Shown piece after piece: positions 44,017 through 53,897 of a DNA stretch of 64,000 bases. Below the pieces are notes generated by a model. That model had not been told where the DNA came from and searched no databases. It saw only the letters and a list, made by a program, of their open reading frames with translations. Source of the DNA: an uncultured Kineosporiaceae bacterium (lineage in GTDB: Bacteria; Actinomycetota; Actinomycetes; Actinomycetales; JBBAYJ01); contig CAZEYA010000002.1 of NCBI GenBank assembly GCA_964516515.1, forward strand, positions 1,075 to 65,074. Direction: 5' to 3'. Each line of letters starts with the position of its first letter. The first letter of the stretch is position 1. Position numbers and translations under genes: made by a program.

Positions 44017-45342
44017 CTAACCGGTCAGGGCGTCGCGCATCGGGACGAACTTGGCGGCGGACTCGGCCAGCTCGGCCTCGGGATCGGATCCGGCCACGAT
44101 CCCGCACCCTGCGAACAGGCGGACCTCGCGCCGATCCTCGCTGACCCGGCCGCAGCGCAACGCAATCGCCCACTCGCCGTCCCCCGAGGCGTCCAGCCAC
44201 CCGACGGGACCGGCGTAGCGGTCGCGGTCCATCCCCTCGATCTCGGTGATGACCGCCTGCGCCACCTTGGTCGGCGTGCCCCCGACCGCCGCCGACGGGT
44301 GCAGCGCCGCGGCGATGGCCAGGGATGACACCGAATCGGCCAGCACCCCCGTGACGTCTGTCGCCAGGTGCATGACGTTGGCCAGGTGCAGCACGTACGG
44401 CCCCTCCGGCACGTTCATGCCCGAGCACAACGGCCGCAGCGAGTCGGCGACGCTGCGCACCGCGAACTGGTGCTCGACCAGGTCCTTGCCGGATCGGGTC
44501 AGCGATGCTGCCAGCGCGAGGTCCCGCTCGTCGTTGCCGGAGCGGCGGATCGTCCCCGCCAGCACCCGGGAGGCCACCAAGCCCCCTTCGGTCCTCGCCA
44601 GCATCTCCGGTGTCGCGCCCAGGAGGCCGTCGACCGCGAACGTCCAGGTCGTCGGGTAGCGCTCGGCCAGTCGGCGCAGCACCGCTCGCGGATCGACGGG
44701 TTCGGCCGCGCGGGCGATGAGGTCGCGGGCCAGCACGACCTTGTCCACCTCGCCGGTCTCGATCCGTGACACCGCGGTGGCGATCACGGACTCCCACGCC
44801 GGCCCCGGCAGAGCGCCATCGACGAAGACCACATCCACGGGATCCGGCGCCGGCCGCGGCCGCAACGGCTCCATGCTGCCCGGCAACTCGCGCCCGGTCG
44901 TCACCCGGGTCAGCCAGCACCGGCCGTCACGCTGTCCGACCAGCACCGACGGCACCACCAGAGCGCCTCCGGCGGGGGAGTCGTCGGAGAAGGCGAACGA
45001 GCCCAGCGCTACCAGTCCGGTGCCGCGCCGCCGGACCTCGTCGCGCACCACCGCGTGCCGCACGACGTCGCGCCAGGCGTGCTCGGCCTCGATGAACCGG
45101 CCCGCCCCTGCCGTCCCGATCCGCAGCGCCTCCCCCCAGGCGACCAGGCCCTCGCCGTTTCGCACCCACGCATGCGCCGACGGATCGGGGGCCAGATCGA
45201 GCAGCGGTCCAGGGTCGTCGATCTCCACGGTCCGCACCACGAGCTGGGCGAGCGCCGGGATGTCGACGGGGACGCCACGAAGGGCGGCCGGCGGAATGCG
45301 CACGCCGCCGCGATCATCGTCGGTCCGCGTGGACATCAACAT
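44017..45342 (-). CDS. menF: Isochorismate synthase
   Basis: Chorismate-binding fold: LLGATPEML..., GTPT, and a C-terminal FAGCGIVAGSDPEAELAES motif. Men gene context. Start at ATG 45342 or 45336. Confidence 0.85.
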   Translation of the reverse strand: MLMSTRTDDDRGGVRIPPAALRGVPVDIPALAQLVVRTVEIDDPGPLLDLAPDPSAHAWVRNGEGLVAWGEALRIGTAGAGRFIEAEHAWRDVVRHAVVRDEVRRRGTGLVALGSFAFSDDSPAGGALVVPSVLVGQRDGRCWLTRVTTGRELPGSMEPLRPRPAPDPVDVVFVDGALPGPAWESVIATAVSRIETGEVDKVVLARDLIARAAEPVDPRAVLRRLAERYPTTWTFAVDGLLGATPEMLARTEGGLVASRVLAGTIRRSGNDERDLALAASLTRSGKDLVEHQFAVRSVADSLRPLCSGMNVPEGPYVLHLANVMHLATDVTGVLADSVSSLAIAAALHPSAAVGGTPTKVAQAVITEIEGMDRDRYAGPVGWLDASGDGEWAIALRCGRVSEDRREVRLFAGCGIVAGSDPEAELAESAAKFVPMRDALTG

Positions 45343-45416
45343 CAGAGTAGGACCCGGCCCGACTCCGGTCACGGGTGGCCCGGACCGCCCCGCACCGCGC
45401 GTGTCACGATTGGTCC

Positions 45417-46154
45417 GTGGTGAGCCAGGTGCACGCACCCGACACCGGGTCCGACGACACCAGGGCGCAGCTGGACAAGCAGCCGCACGAGGTTGCCGCG
45501 ATGTTCGACCAGGTGGCCCCGAAGTACGACCGCACCAACGCCCTGCTGTCGCTGGGCTCGGACCGCCGGTGGCGACGCCTGGTCCGCCGTGCCCTCGACC
45601 TCCGTCCAGGTCAGCGGGTCTTGGATCTTGCCGCCGGGACCGGGACCTCGACGGTGCCGTTCGCCGAGGCGGGGCACGAGGCGCTCGGCTGCGACTTCAG
45701 TCTCGGCATGCTCGCGGTCGGTCGTGCCGCCCGGCCGACGCTGCCGCTGGTCGCCGGGGACGCCACTCGGCTCCCGTTCGCCGACCAGTCCTTCGACGCG
45801 GTCACGATCTCCTTCGGATTGCGGAACGTCGTCGACCCGGACGCCGCCCTGACCGAGATGTGGCGGGTCACGCGGCCGTCGGGCCGTCTCGTGGTGTGTG
45901 AGTTCTCCCACCCCACCAACAGGGCGTTCCGCCAGCTGTACGAGAGATACCTGATCCGGGTGCTACCTGCGGTGGCGGAACGGTCGTCGAGCAACGCCGA
46001 CGCCTACGACTACCTCGCCGAGTCCATCCTGGCCTGGCCCGATCAAGCCCAGCTTGCCCGCCGCATCGAGCGGGCCGGCTGGGGTGCGGTGGAGTGGCGC
46101 GACCTCACATTCGGCGTGGTCGCCCTGCATCGCGCGATGCGGCCCTGGCACTGA
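45417..46154 (+). CDS. menG: Demethylmenaquinone methyltransferase
   Basis: [29 protein letters not shown]...[11 protein letters not shown]...ISFGLRNV. Start at GTG 45417. Confidence 0.9.
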   Translation: MVSQVHAPDTGSDDTRAQLDKQPHEVAAMFDQVAPKYDRTNALLSLGSDRRWRRLVRRALDLRPGQRVLDLAAGTGTSTVPFAEAGHEALGCDFSLGMLAVGRAARPTLPLVAGDATRLPFADQSFDAVTISFGLRNVVDPDAALTEMWRVTRPSGRLVVCEFSHPTNRAFRQLYERYLIRVLPAVAERSSSNADAYDYLAESILAWPDQAQLARRIERAGWGAVEWRDLTFGVVALHRAMRPWH

Positions 46155-47280
46155 CGAGCGACGCGCGGCCCGGTGACAGAGCTGCCACCACCTCGGTGTC
46201 GACCGGCGGTGGGGCGCCGGTGACGAGTGCGGCAGCCAACTCGCCCATTGCCGGCGCGGTCTGGATGCCGTAGCCGCCCTGGCCCACCAGCCAGATGAAG
46301 GCCGGCTCGTCGGGGTCGCCGCCGACGACCGGCACCCGGTCGGGTGCGAACGTCCGCAGCCCCGCCCATGCCCGCGACACCGACCGGATGCCCAGCGTCG
46401 TCCGTTCGTTGATGGCCTCGATCGCGCGAGCGATGTCCACCTGGTCGGGGCGCGCGTCACCTGCGGGCACCGGGGTCTCATCGGCCGGTGAGCACAGCAG
46501 CAGTCCGGCATCGGGCTTGACGTACCAGGCCTCCGCTGCGTCGTTGATCAGCGGCCAGTCGGCTGCCTCGGGCGGCGCCGTCACCAGGAACGCCGTCCGG
46601 CGCAGCGGTGACAACCCGAGCGGCTGCAGCGCGGCCAGCGCCGCCACCTCGTCCCCCCACGCGCCGGCCGCGTTGACCACGGTCCCGGCCGAGACCGCGC
46701 CCTTTGGCGTCGTGATCCGCCAGGACCCGTCGTCGCGGCGGAGGCCGGTGACCGGGGCCGAGGTGATGACCGAGCCGCCCGCGGCGCGCAGCCGCTTCAG
46801 GTGCAGCTGATGCAGGGCGTCGACGTCGATGTCGGCCGATCCGGTGTCGAGGGTCGCGGCACTGACATACCTGCGCCGCAGGGCCGGGACCAGTGCCACC
46901 GCCTCGTCGGGGCTCAGTGCCGTCAGCGGCGTGCCACTCGCGGCGGACTGCGCCAGCACCTCCTCGAGGTGCCATTCCTCGCCGGGTGCGGCGACGCTGA
47001 GCACGGCACGGGGCCGCAGCAGGGGGCCGTTGACAGAATCCGCGGGCGGATGAGCGAGCAGATCGTGGCTGGCCGCCGTCAGCGCCCACACCGCGGGCGG
47101 CCCGTAGGTGGGGATGTACTGGGCGGCGGACCGCCCTGTCGAGTGATACCCCGGCTGGCTCTCGCGCTCCAGCACCATCACACCAAGGCCGGATCTGACG
47201 AGACAGTCCGCCGCGGCGGCCCCTGCAATGCCGGCCCCGATCACCACCACGTCCACCGTTGCGGGCAGGTCGAGCACCAA
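46105..47280 (-). CDS. FAD-dependent oxidoreductase (DAO/glycine oxidase-like)
   Basis: Dinucleotide fold [19 protein letters not shown]...VLERE. The 3-prime end overlaps menG by 50 nt (convergent). Confidence 0.8.
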   Translation of the reverse strand: MVLDLPATVDVVVIGAGIAGAAAADCLVRSGLGVMVLERESQPGYHSTGRSAAQYIPTYGPPAVWALTAASHDLLAHPPADSVNGPLLRPRAVLSVAAPGEEWHLEEVLAQSAASGTPLTALSPDEAVALVPALRRRYVSAATLDTGSADIDVDALHQLHLKRLRAAGGSVITSAPVTGLRRDDGSWRITTPKGAVSAGTVVNAAGAWGDEVAALAALQPLGLSPLRRTAFLVTAPPEAADWPLINDAAEAWYVKPDAGLLLCSPADETPVPAGDARPDQVDIARAIEAINERTTLGIRSVSRAWAGLRTFAPDRVPVVGGDPDEPAFIWLVGQGGYGIQTAPAMGELAAALVTGAPPPVDTEVVAALSPGRASLVSARAASRDAGRPRRM

Positions 47281-47329
47281 CGAAGGCTAGACGTCAGGCG
47301 GCCCGCCTCATGTTCGCTGGCGATCTCGT

Positions 47330-48082
47330 CTAGCGGTCGAGCTGCATCCTGCGCCACGAGAGTGCCGTGAGCACGGTCGCGACGCCGGCGAAGGGGATGA
47401 GCAGCGAGAGCTGCACCGGCGACACCTCGGTGCCGGAGGTCACGGCCCACAGGGCGGGCGCGGCGAGCGGCATCCATCCGCCGAGTCCGGCGAGTACCGA
47501 CACCTGGGCGACCACGACCAGCCCGATGGCGACGCTGACCCCACCGAGGACCGATCGGCTGAGCGTCGCCGCCCAGGCGACCGGCAGCGTGATCGCCGCG
47601 GACATGATCGCGAGAGCGACCTGCCTCGCGAGCGCTTCCCACGTGTCGTGATGAAGCGGGCCGAGACCGCTGATCAGTCCGACGAGGATGAGGACCGCAG
47701 CGAGCAGCACGCTCATGATCACGACCCAGGCTGCGTAGATGAGCAGCTTGGCCATGGCGATCGTCGAGCGCCGGATGGGGAGGGCGAACAGTCCTGTGAC
47801 GGTGCCGTCCCCGAACTCGCGGCCGAACATCCAGGCGAGGACTACCGCGAAGCCTCCCAGCCCCCCGGCGCCGGTGATCTGCGCGGCAGCGAGCATGAAG
47901 CCCTTCCAGTCACCTGTAGCGGCCGGCCCGAGCTTGGCCAGGAGCTGCGGGTCATCGGAATGCGCGGCGAGCAGCATCGACCCGCTCAATACGGCAATGC
48001 CCGCCACCACCGCCAAGGACCCGACCCGCCCCACCGTTGAATGGGCGAGCTTGACCACTTCGGCCCACAGCGCTGCCCTCAT
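47330..48082 (-). CDS. ABC-2 type transporter permease
   Basis: About 6 TM segments. 4-nt overlap with the upstream ATPase gene. Confidence 0.75.
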   Translation of the reverse strand: MRAALWAEVVKLAHSTVGRVGSLAVVAGIAVLSGSMLLAAHSDDPQLLAKLGPAATGDWKGFMLAAAQITGAGGLGGFAVVLAWMFGREFGDGTVTGLFALPIRRSTIAMAKLLIYAAWVVIMSVLLAAVLILVGLISGLGPLHHDTWEALARQVALAIMSAAITLPVAWAATLSRSVLGGVSVAIGLVVVAQVSVLAGLGGWMPLAAPALWAVTSGTEVSPVQLSLLIPFAGVATVLTALSWRRMQLDR

Positions 48083-48798
48083 CGACTCGACTTCTCGTCA
48101 TCCATGCGCACCGACTCGAAGAACGCGTGCTCGATCGCGGGCGTCGACGGATCCAGCCCGCCGATCAGTCGACCGGCGTTCATCACCACGATCCGATCCG
48201 CGATCCGCGCCACCTCGTCGAGATGGTGACTGCTCACGAGGATGGCGGCGCCCTGGCCGGCGCGTCGCAGGAGGCTCTCACGAAGCCGGATCACGCCGGC
48301 CGGATCAAGCCCGTTGGTCGGCTCGTCGAGCACGATCAGCTGCGGATTGTGCTGGAGCGCGGCGGCAAGGCCGACCCGCTGCCTGTTGCCGAGCGAGAGC
48401 GCGCGCACCCGTCGAGTTGCATAAGCTTCGAGGGCGAGCTCGTCGATGATCCCGTCGACCGCAGCGGCGATATCGGGTACACCGCGAAGTCGCGCACTGA
48501 GCTCCAGGTTCTGTCGGGCCGTGAGCTCGGGGTAGGCGAGCGGGTACTCGACCAGGTGGCCGACCTTCGCCCACGCCTCGCGCGGAGCCTCGGCCAGAAG
48601 GTGACCGTAGATGCGAACCTCGCCCTGCTGGGGTCGCAGCATGCCGAGCAGAACGCGCATCAGGGTGGACTTGCCCGCCCCGTTGAGACCGACCAGCGCG
48701 ACGATCTCGCCGAGCGGCAGGCGAAGGTCGAGGTCGAAGACGCCGGCCCCGTTCGCGAATGCTCGCGTCGCGCTCGCGGCGACCAGTACATCGGTCAT
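48079..48798 (-). CDS. ABC transporter ATP-binding protein
   Basis: Walker A GLNGAGKST, signature LSLGNRQRVGLAAAL and Walker B LIVLDEPTNGLD. ATG 48798 overlaps the TetR stop (ATGA). Confidence 0.9.
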   Translation of the reverse strand: MTDVLVAASATRAFANGAGVFDLDLRLPLGEIVALVGLNGAGKSTLMRVLLGMLRPQQGEVRIYGHLLAEAPREAWAKVGHLVEYPLAYPELTARQNLELSARLRGVPDIAAAVDGIIDELALEAYATRRVRALSLGNRQRVGLAAALQHNPQLIVLDEPTNGLDPAGVIRLRESLLRRAGQGAAILVSSHHLDEVARIADRIVVMNAGRLIGGLDPSTPAIEHAFFESVRMDDEKSSR

Positions 48799-49346
48799 CG
48801 TGCCCCTCCCCTGAGAACGCGAAGCGCCGCAGCGATCGCCGTCCCCAACTCGGGGTCGACTCCGTCGGCCCAATCGAGGAGGGCGGCGTTCAACGCGCCG
48901 ACGGTGGCGGACGCAGCGATGCGCGCATCGGAGCCTGATGCACCACGTGCCGTCAACGCGTCGGCAATCGCCGCCTCGGTTTCCGCGCTGTTCCGTGCCA
49001 GGGCACCGCGAAGCGAAGGGGTGCGCGACACGATCCGAAGCCGCTCCCGAACTTCCGCGCTGCCTGGCGCCGGCACCCCGCTCCAGGCATCGACGACACC
49101 GCCGATCGCGGCCGCAAGGGGTGGCAGATCGACCGGCTGACGGCGAATCGCCTCGGCGATGAGTGGGTCGTACGGATCTGCGATGAGCACAGCATCCTTC
49201 GACGTGAAGTGACGGAAGAAGGTCATCTCGGTGACCCCGGCACGCTCGGCGATCGCCGCTGCCGTCGTGGTGTCGTAGCCCCGCTCGTCGAACAGCTCCA
49301 GCGCGGCCCGCATCAACGTGGCTCGCGTTCGCTCGGCTTTGGTCAC
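48795..49346 (-). CDS. TetR/AcrR family transcriptional regulator
   Basis: RATLMRAALELFDERGYDTTTAAAIAERAGVTEMTFFRHFTSKDAVL. GTG start at 49346. Confidence 0.9.
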   Translation of the reverse strand: MTKAERTRATLMRAALELFDERGYDTTTAAAIAERAGVTEMTFFRHFTSKDAVLIADPYDPLIAEAIRRQPVDLPPLAAAIGGVVDAWSGVPAPGSAEVRERLRIVSRTPSLRGALARNSAETEAAIADALTARGASGSDARIAASATVGALNAALLDWADGVDPELGTAIAAALRVLRGGAR

Positions 49347-49353
49347 GGCGTAA

Positions 49354-49368
49354 TGTTAGTGACTAACA
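49354..49368. promoter_or_regulatory. Perfect 15-bp palindrome TGTTAGTgACTAACA, candidate TetR operator
   Basis: Lies 8 nt upstream of the TetR GTG start, in an AT-rich patch of the tetR/menJ divergent intergenic region. Confidence 0.5.
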
Positions 49369-49529
49369 CTCCGAGAGGCAAGCGAGCTCAGGTCTTTCAC
49401 GTCCCTGGACATCACAGGAGCTCGACGGCCGGCTACCCCGGTTGGTGGGTCCGTCGGGGCGTCCGTAGGCTGGTTGTGCAGCAGTGCACAAGCTGGGTTC
49501 CCGTGACCTTGAGAGGGGTTGGCGCCGCC

Positions 49530-50861
49530 ATGTCGCCCACTGATCCCCGCCAGGCAGACGTCGCCGTCGTCGGCGCTGGCCCGGCAGGGTCGACGGTCGC
49601 CGCCTACCTGGCCCGCGCCGGCCTCGACGTCGTCGTGCTGGAGAAGTCGGCCTTCCCACGCGAGAAGGTGTGCGGCGACGGGATCACGCCACGGGGTGTC
49701 AAAGAGCTGGTCAGCCTCGGCGTCGCCCACCCAGAGAGCGACGGCTGGATCCGCAACAAGGGCCTGCGGCTGGTCGGGCACGACCGCAGCATCGAGATCG
49801 ACTGGCCGGACATCACCGGCGTGCCCAGCTACGGACTGGTCCGGCCGCGGCAGGATTTCGACGAGGTGCTCGCCCGCCACGCCGCACACCACGGCGCCAC
49901 CGTCCTCGAACGCCACTCGGTGACCTCACCGGTGGTCGACGACGCGACCGGCCGGGTCAGCGGAGTCACCGCGGCGGTGCTGGACGAGCGGGGGCGAAAG
50001 ACCGGCGAGACGTTGACCGTGAACGCCCCGGTGGTCATCGCCGCCGACGGCAACTCCTCCCGGCTGGGCCTGGCGATCGGCCTTCCCAAGCGGGACGACC
50101 GGCCGTTGGGGGTGGCCGTGCGGACCTACTACACCTCGCCGCGCACCCACGACGACTACCTCGAATCGTGGCTCGAATTGTGGGACGGCGAACCCAAACG
50201 CTCCAACCAGCTGCCCGGCTACGGCTGGATCTTCGGCGTCGGCGACGGCACCAGCAATGTCGGACTCGGCATCTTGTCGACGTCGAAGGCGTTCGGCAAG
50301 GTCGACTACCGCGACCTGCTGCTGAAGTGGCTGGCGACGCTGCCCGAGCAGTGGCAGTTCACGCCGGAGTTCCAGGTCGGCGAGATCCGGGGCGCGGCGC
50401 TGCCGATGGGCTTCAATCGCACTCCGCACTACCACCATGGCGTGCTGCTGGTCGGCGACGCGGGCGGCATGGTCAACCCCTTCAACGGCGAGGGCATCGC
50501 CTACGCGATGGCGAGTTCACGGATCGCCGCCGAGGTCGTGCTGCAGGCCATGGCCAAGGACGACGCGGCCCGGGAGCGGGCGCTGGCCACCTACCGCCAG
50601 GCGGTCGCCGCCGAGCTCAGCTCGTACTACGCCCTGGGGCGGATCTTCGTCCGGTTGATCGGCAACCCGCGGTTCATGGCCGCCATCACCCGCATCGGGA
50701 TGCCCCGGCCGATGGTGATGCGCTTCGCGGTCAAACTGCTCGCCAATGTCTACGAGGCCCGCGGCGGCGACGTGCTGGACCGGCTGGTGGCACTCATGAC
50801 GCGCGTCGTACCGGGCCGGACGGACCTCACCGCCGGCCCCGCCGCTAGGGTGCGCGCGTGA
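49530..50861 (+). CDS. menJ: Geranylgeranyl reductase family flavoprotein (menaquinone side-chain reductase, MenJ-like)
   Basis: DVAVVGAGPAGSTVAAYLARAGLDVVVLEK...REKVCGDGITPRG...GDAGGMVNPFNGEGI. Men gene context. Start at ATG 49530. Confidence 0.8.
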   Translation: MSPTDPRQADVAVVGAGPAGSTVAAYLARAGLDVVVLEKSAFPREKVCGDGITPRGVKELVSLGVAHPESDGWIRNKGLRLVGHDRSIEIDWPDITGVPSYGLVRPRQDFDEVLARHAAHHGATVLERHSVTSPVVDDATGRVSGVTAAVLDERGRKTGETLTVNAPVVIAADGNSSRLGLAIGLPKRDDRPLGVAVRTYYTSPRTHDDYLESWLELWDGEPKRSNQLPGYGWIFGVGDGTSNVGLGILSTSKAFGKVDYRDLLLKWLATLPEQWQFTPEFQVGEIRGAALPMGFNRTPHYHHGVLLVGDAGGMVNPFNGEGIAYAMASSRIAAEVVLQAMAKDDAARERALATYRQAVAAELSSYYALGRIFVRLIGNPRFMAAITRIGMPRPMVMRFAVKLLANVYEARGGDVLDRLVALMTRVVPGRTDLTAGPAARVRA

Positions 50862-51217
50862 GTCCGTACGTCCCACTGCTGATCATGCTGGCACTTGGTG
50901 CCGGGTTCGCGGCGGTCTCGGTGATCGCGACATCGCTGATCGGGCCGGCCCGGTACAACCGCGCCAAGCTCGAGGCGTACGAGTGCGGCATCGAGCCGTC
51001 ACCTCAGGCCAGCGGCGGCGGCAAGGTGCCGATCAAGTTCTATCTGATCGCGATGCTCTTCATCATCTTCGACATCGAGACGGTGTTCCTGTTTCCGTTC
51101 GCCATCGCCTTCAACCAGCTGGGGTTGTTCGCGGTGGTCGAGGTGCTGCTGTTCGTGGCGGCGGTGCTGGCGGCCTACGCCTACGTCTGGCGTCGCGGCG
51201 GGCTGGACTGGGACTGA
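50858..51217 (+). CDS. nuoA: NADH-quinone oxidoreductase subunit A
   Basis: YECGIEP...FYLIAMLFIIFDIETVFLFP. GTG 50858 overlaps the menJ-like stop (GTGA). Confidence 0.9.
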   Translation: MSPYVPLLIMLALGAGFAAVSVIATSLIGPARYNRAKLEAYECGIEPSPQASGGGKVPIKFYLIAMLFIIFDIETVFLFPFAIAFNQLGLFAVVEVLLFVAAVLAAYAYVWRRGGLDWD

Positions 51218-51238
51218 TGAGGCCGAGGGAGATCACAC

Positions 51239-51805
51239 ATGGGCATTGAAGAGAAGGTCCCGGCGGGCATCGCACTGGCGTCGGTCGAGAAGCTCGTGGG
51301 GTTGATCCGCAAGTCCTCGGTGTGGCCAGCGACGTTCGGCCTGGCCTGCTGCGCGATCGAGATGATGTCGACCGGTGGCCCGGACTACGACCTGGCCCGC
51401 TGGGGCATGGAGCGGTTCTCCGCCACCCCCCGCCAGGCCGACCTGATGATCGTCGCCGGCCGGGTCAGCCAGAAGATGGCCCCGGTGGTGCGGCAGGTAT
51501 GGGACCAGATGCCCAACCCGAAGTGGTCGATCGCCATGGGCGTGTGCGCCTCCAGCGGCGGCATGTTCAACAACTACGCGATCGTGCAGGGCGTGGACCA
51601 CATCATCCCGGTCGACATCTACCTGCCGGGGTGTCCGCCCCGACCCGAGATGCTGATGGACGCGATCTTCAAGCTCCACGATCAGATCAAGCACGAGAAG
51701 CTGGGCGCCCACCGCGTGATCGCCGAAGACGAGGCCGAGGCGGTCGCGCTGGCCGCGGTTCCCACCCTGCAGATGCGGGGCCTGCTGCGGGGAGTCGGCC
51801 AGTGA
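51239..51805 (+). CDS. nuoB: NADH-quinone oxidoreductase subunit B
   Basis: [15 protein letters not shown]...[10 protein letters not shown]...PGCPPRPE. Confidence 0.95.
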   Translation: MGIEEKVPAGIALASVEKLVGLIRKSSVWPATFGLACCAIEMMSTGGPDYDLARWGMERFSATPRQADLMIVAGRVSQKMAPVVRQVWDQMPNPKWSIAMGVCASSGGMFNNYAIVQGVDHIIPVDIYLPGCPPRPEMLMDAIFKLHDQIKHEKLGAHRVIAEDEAEAVALAAVPTLQMRGLLRGVGQ

Positions 51806-52542
51806 CCGATCAGCCCTCGGTCCCTGCTGCGGTCCCCGGAGCGGCTGCACCCGCAACGGCAACGCCCACCACCCCGACCGTCATCGCCGCCGGCAGCGGC
51901 ATGTTCGGCGCCAGCGACGGCGGCGACACCTCCGGCTACAGCGGGCTGCAGCGGGTCACGACGCTGCCCGGTGCCGGCACGCGTCCCTACGGCGGATACT
52001 TCGACGCCGTCGCCGACGCGCTGCAGGAATCGCTCACCGAGGCCGGTTTCGGCGCCGACGACCCAGACGGGCCGATCGAGAAGGTCGTCATCGACCGCGG
52101 CGAGATGACGCTGACGGTGCGCCGCGCCCACCTCGTCGAGGTGTGCCGCCGACTGCGCGACGAGCCTGACCTGCGCTTCGAGCTGTCGATGGGGGTCTCC
52201 GGAGTCCACCTGCCGCACGACACGGGCCGCGAGTTGCATGCCGTCTACCACCTGCGCTCGGTCACCCACAGCCGCCGGCTCCGGCTGGAAGTGACCTGCC
52301 CGGACGCCGACCCGCACATCCCGTCCACGGTCGCGGTCTACCCGGCGCACGATTGGCACGAGCGCGAGACCTGGGACTTCTTCGGCATCATCTTCGACGG
52401 CCACCCCGCGCTGACCCGGATCGAGATGCCCGACGACTGGCCCGGGCACCCGCAGCGCAAGGACTATCCCCTGGGCGGGATTCCGGTGGAGTACAAGGGC
52501 GCCACCGTGCCGCCACCCGACGAGCGGAGGGCCTACAGCTGA
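51802..52542 (+). CDS. nuoC: NADH-quinone oxidoreductase subunit C
   Basis: [47 protein letters not shown] 51802 overlaps the nuoB stop. Confidence 0.9.
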   Translation: MTDQPSVPAAVPGAAAPATATPTTPTVIAAGSGMFGASDGGDTSGYSGLQRVTTLPGAGTRPYGGYFDAVADALQESLTEAGFGADDPDGPIEKVVIDRGEMTLTVRRAHLVEVCRRLRDEPDLRFELSMGVSGVHLPHDTGRELHAVYHLRSVTHSRRLRLEVTCPDADPHIPSTVAVYPAHDWHERETWDFFGIIFDGHPALTRIEMPDDWPGHPQRKDYPLGGIPVEYKGATVPPPDERRAYS

Positions 52543-53897
52543 TGGCCGATCAGAGCGTGACCGTGGACACCGACCCGCTCGCGGCGCCGGTGATCACCGG
52601 CGACGACGCGCTGGAAGGCACCCTGGTGACCGTCGGCGGCGGCGACTGGGACGAGGTGGTCGACACGGCCCGCCTCGGCGAGGAGCGGATCGTCGTCAAC
52701 ATGGGACCGCAGCACCCCTCGACCCACGGCGTGCTGCGCCTGGTGCTGGAGATCGAGGGTGAGACCGTCACCGAGGCTCGCGCCGGCGTCGGCTACCTGC
52801 ACACCGGCATCGAGAAGAACATGGAGTTCCGCAGCTGGGTGCAGGGCGTCACGTTCTGCACCCGGATGGACTACCTCTCGCCGTCGTTCAACGAGACCGT
52901 CTACTGCCGAGGCGTGGAGCGGCTGCTGGGCATCGAGGTGCCGCGGCGGGCCGATGTCATCCGGGTGCTGCTGATGGAGCTGAGCCGGATCGGTTCGCAC
53001 ACGGTGGCGCTGGCCACCGGCGGCATGGAGCTCGGCTCGACGACGGTCATGATGGACGGCCTTCGCGAGCGCGACAAGGTGCTGCGGATGATGGAGGAGA
53101 TCACCGGACTGCGGATGAACCAGGGCTTCATCCGCCCCGGCGGGGTGGCCCAGGACGTGCCGGCGTCCACCCTGAACCGGCTCGATGACATGGTGACGAG
53201 CCTGCGCCATGGCATCCGCGAGCTCGAATTGCTGCTGAACGAAAACCCGACGGTGCGCGCCCGCCTGGTCGGCACCGGTTACCTCAACCTGGCCGGTTGC
53301 ATGGCGCTGGGCATCACCGGCCCGGTCACCCGCTCGGCCGGGCTGCCGCTGGACCTGCGCCGCGACGACCCCTACTGCGGCTACTCCGACTACGACTTCG
53401 AGGTCTGCACCCGCACCGACGCCGACAACTACAGCCGGATGCGGATCCGGCTCGACGAGATGTTCGAGTCACTGAAGATCATCAAGCAGGCTACGGCGCG
53501 GCTGCGCAAGGAACCCGGGCCGGTGATGGTCGATGACAAGAAGATTGGCTGGCCCGCGCAATTGGCACTCGGCGGCGACGGCCTGGGCAACAGCCTGGAG
53601 CACATCAAGCACATCATGGGCGAGTCGATGGAAGCCTTGATCCACCACTTCAAGCTGGTCACCGAGGGCTTCCGGGTGCCGGCCGGGCAGGTGTACACCG
53701 CGGTGGAATCCCCCCGTGGCGAACTGGGCTGCCACCTGGTCTCCGACGGCGGCACCCGGCCGTACCGGGCTCACTTCCGCGACCCGTCGTTCAACAACCT
53801 GCAGGCCGTCTCGGCGATGTGCGAGGGCGCGCAGATCGCCGACGTCGTCGCCAACGTCGCCTCGATCGACCCCGTGATGGGAGGCGTGGACCGCTGA
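52542..53897 (+). CDS. nuoD: NADH-quinone oxidoreductase subunit D
   Basis: [14 protein letters not shown]...GYLHTGIEK...RDPSF...[12 protein letters not shown] 52542 overlaps the nuoC stop. Confidence 0.95.
   Translation: MADQSVTVDTDPLAAPVITGDDALEGTLVTVGGGDWDEVVDTARLGEERIVVNMGPQHPSTHGVLRLVLEIEGETVTEARAGVGYLHTGIEKNMEFRSWVQGVTFCTRMDYLSPSFNETVYCRGVERLLGIEVPRRADVIRVLLMELSRIGSHTVALATGGMELGSTTVMMDGLRERDKVLRMMEEITGLRMNQGFIRPGGVAQDVPASTLNRLDDMVTSLRHGIRELELLLNENPTVRARLVGTGYLNLAGCMALGITGPVTRSAGLPLDLRRDDPYCGYSDYDFEVCTRTDADNYSRMRIRLDEMFESLKIIKQATARLRKEPGPVMVDDKKIGWPAQLALGGDGLGNSLEHIKHIMGESMEALIHHFKLVTEGFRVPAGQVYTAVESPRGELGCHLVSDGGTRPYRAHFRDPSFNNLQAVSAMCEGAQIADVVANVASIDPVMGGVDR

Noticed and set aside
46105-46154. 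50-nt convergent overlap of menG and the FAD oxidoreductase as a possible mis-annotation or frameshift.
   Set aside because: Both reading frames have sensible C-terminal sequences up to their stops, and the long tail of the oxidoreductase is most simply explained by the scarcity of stop codons. There is no evidence of a disrupted gene.
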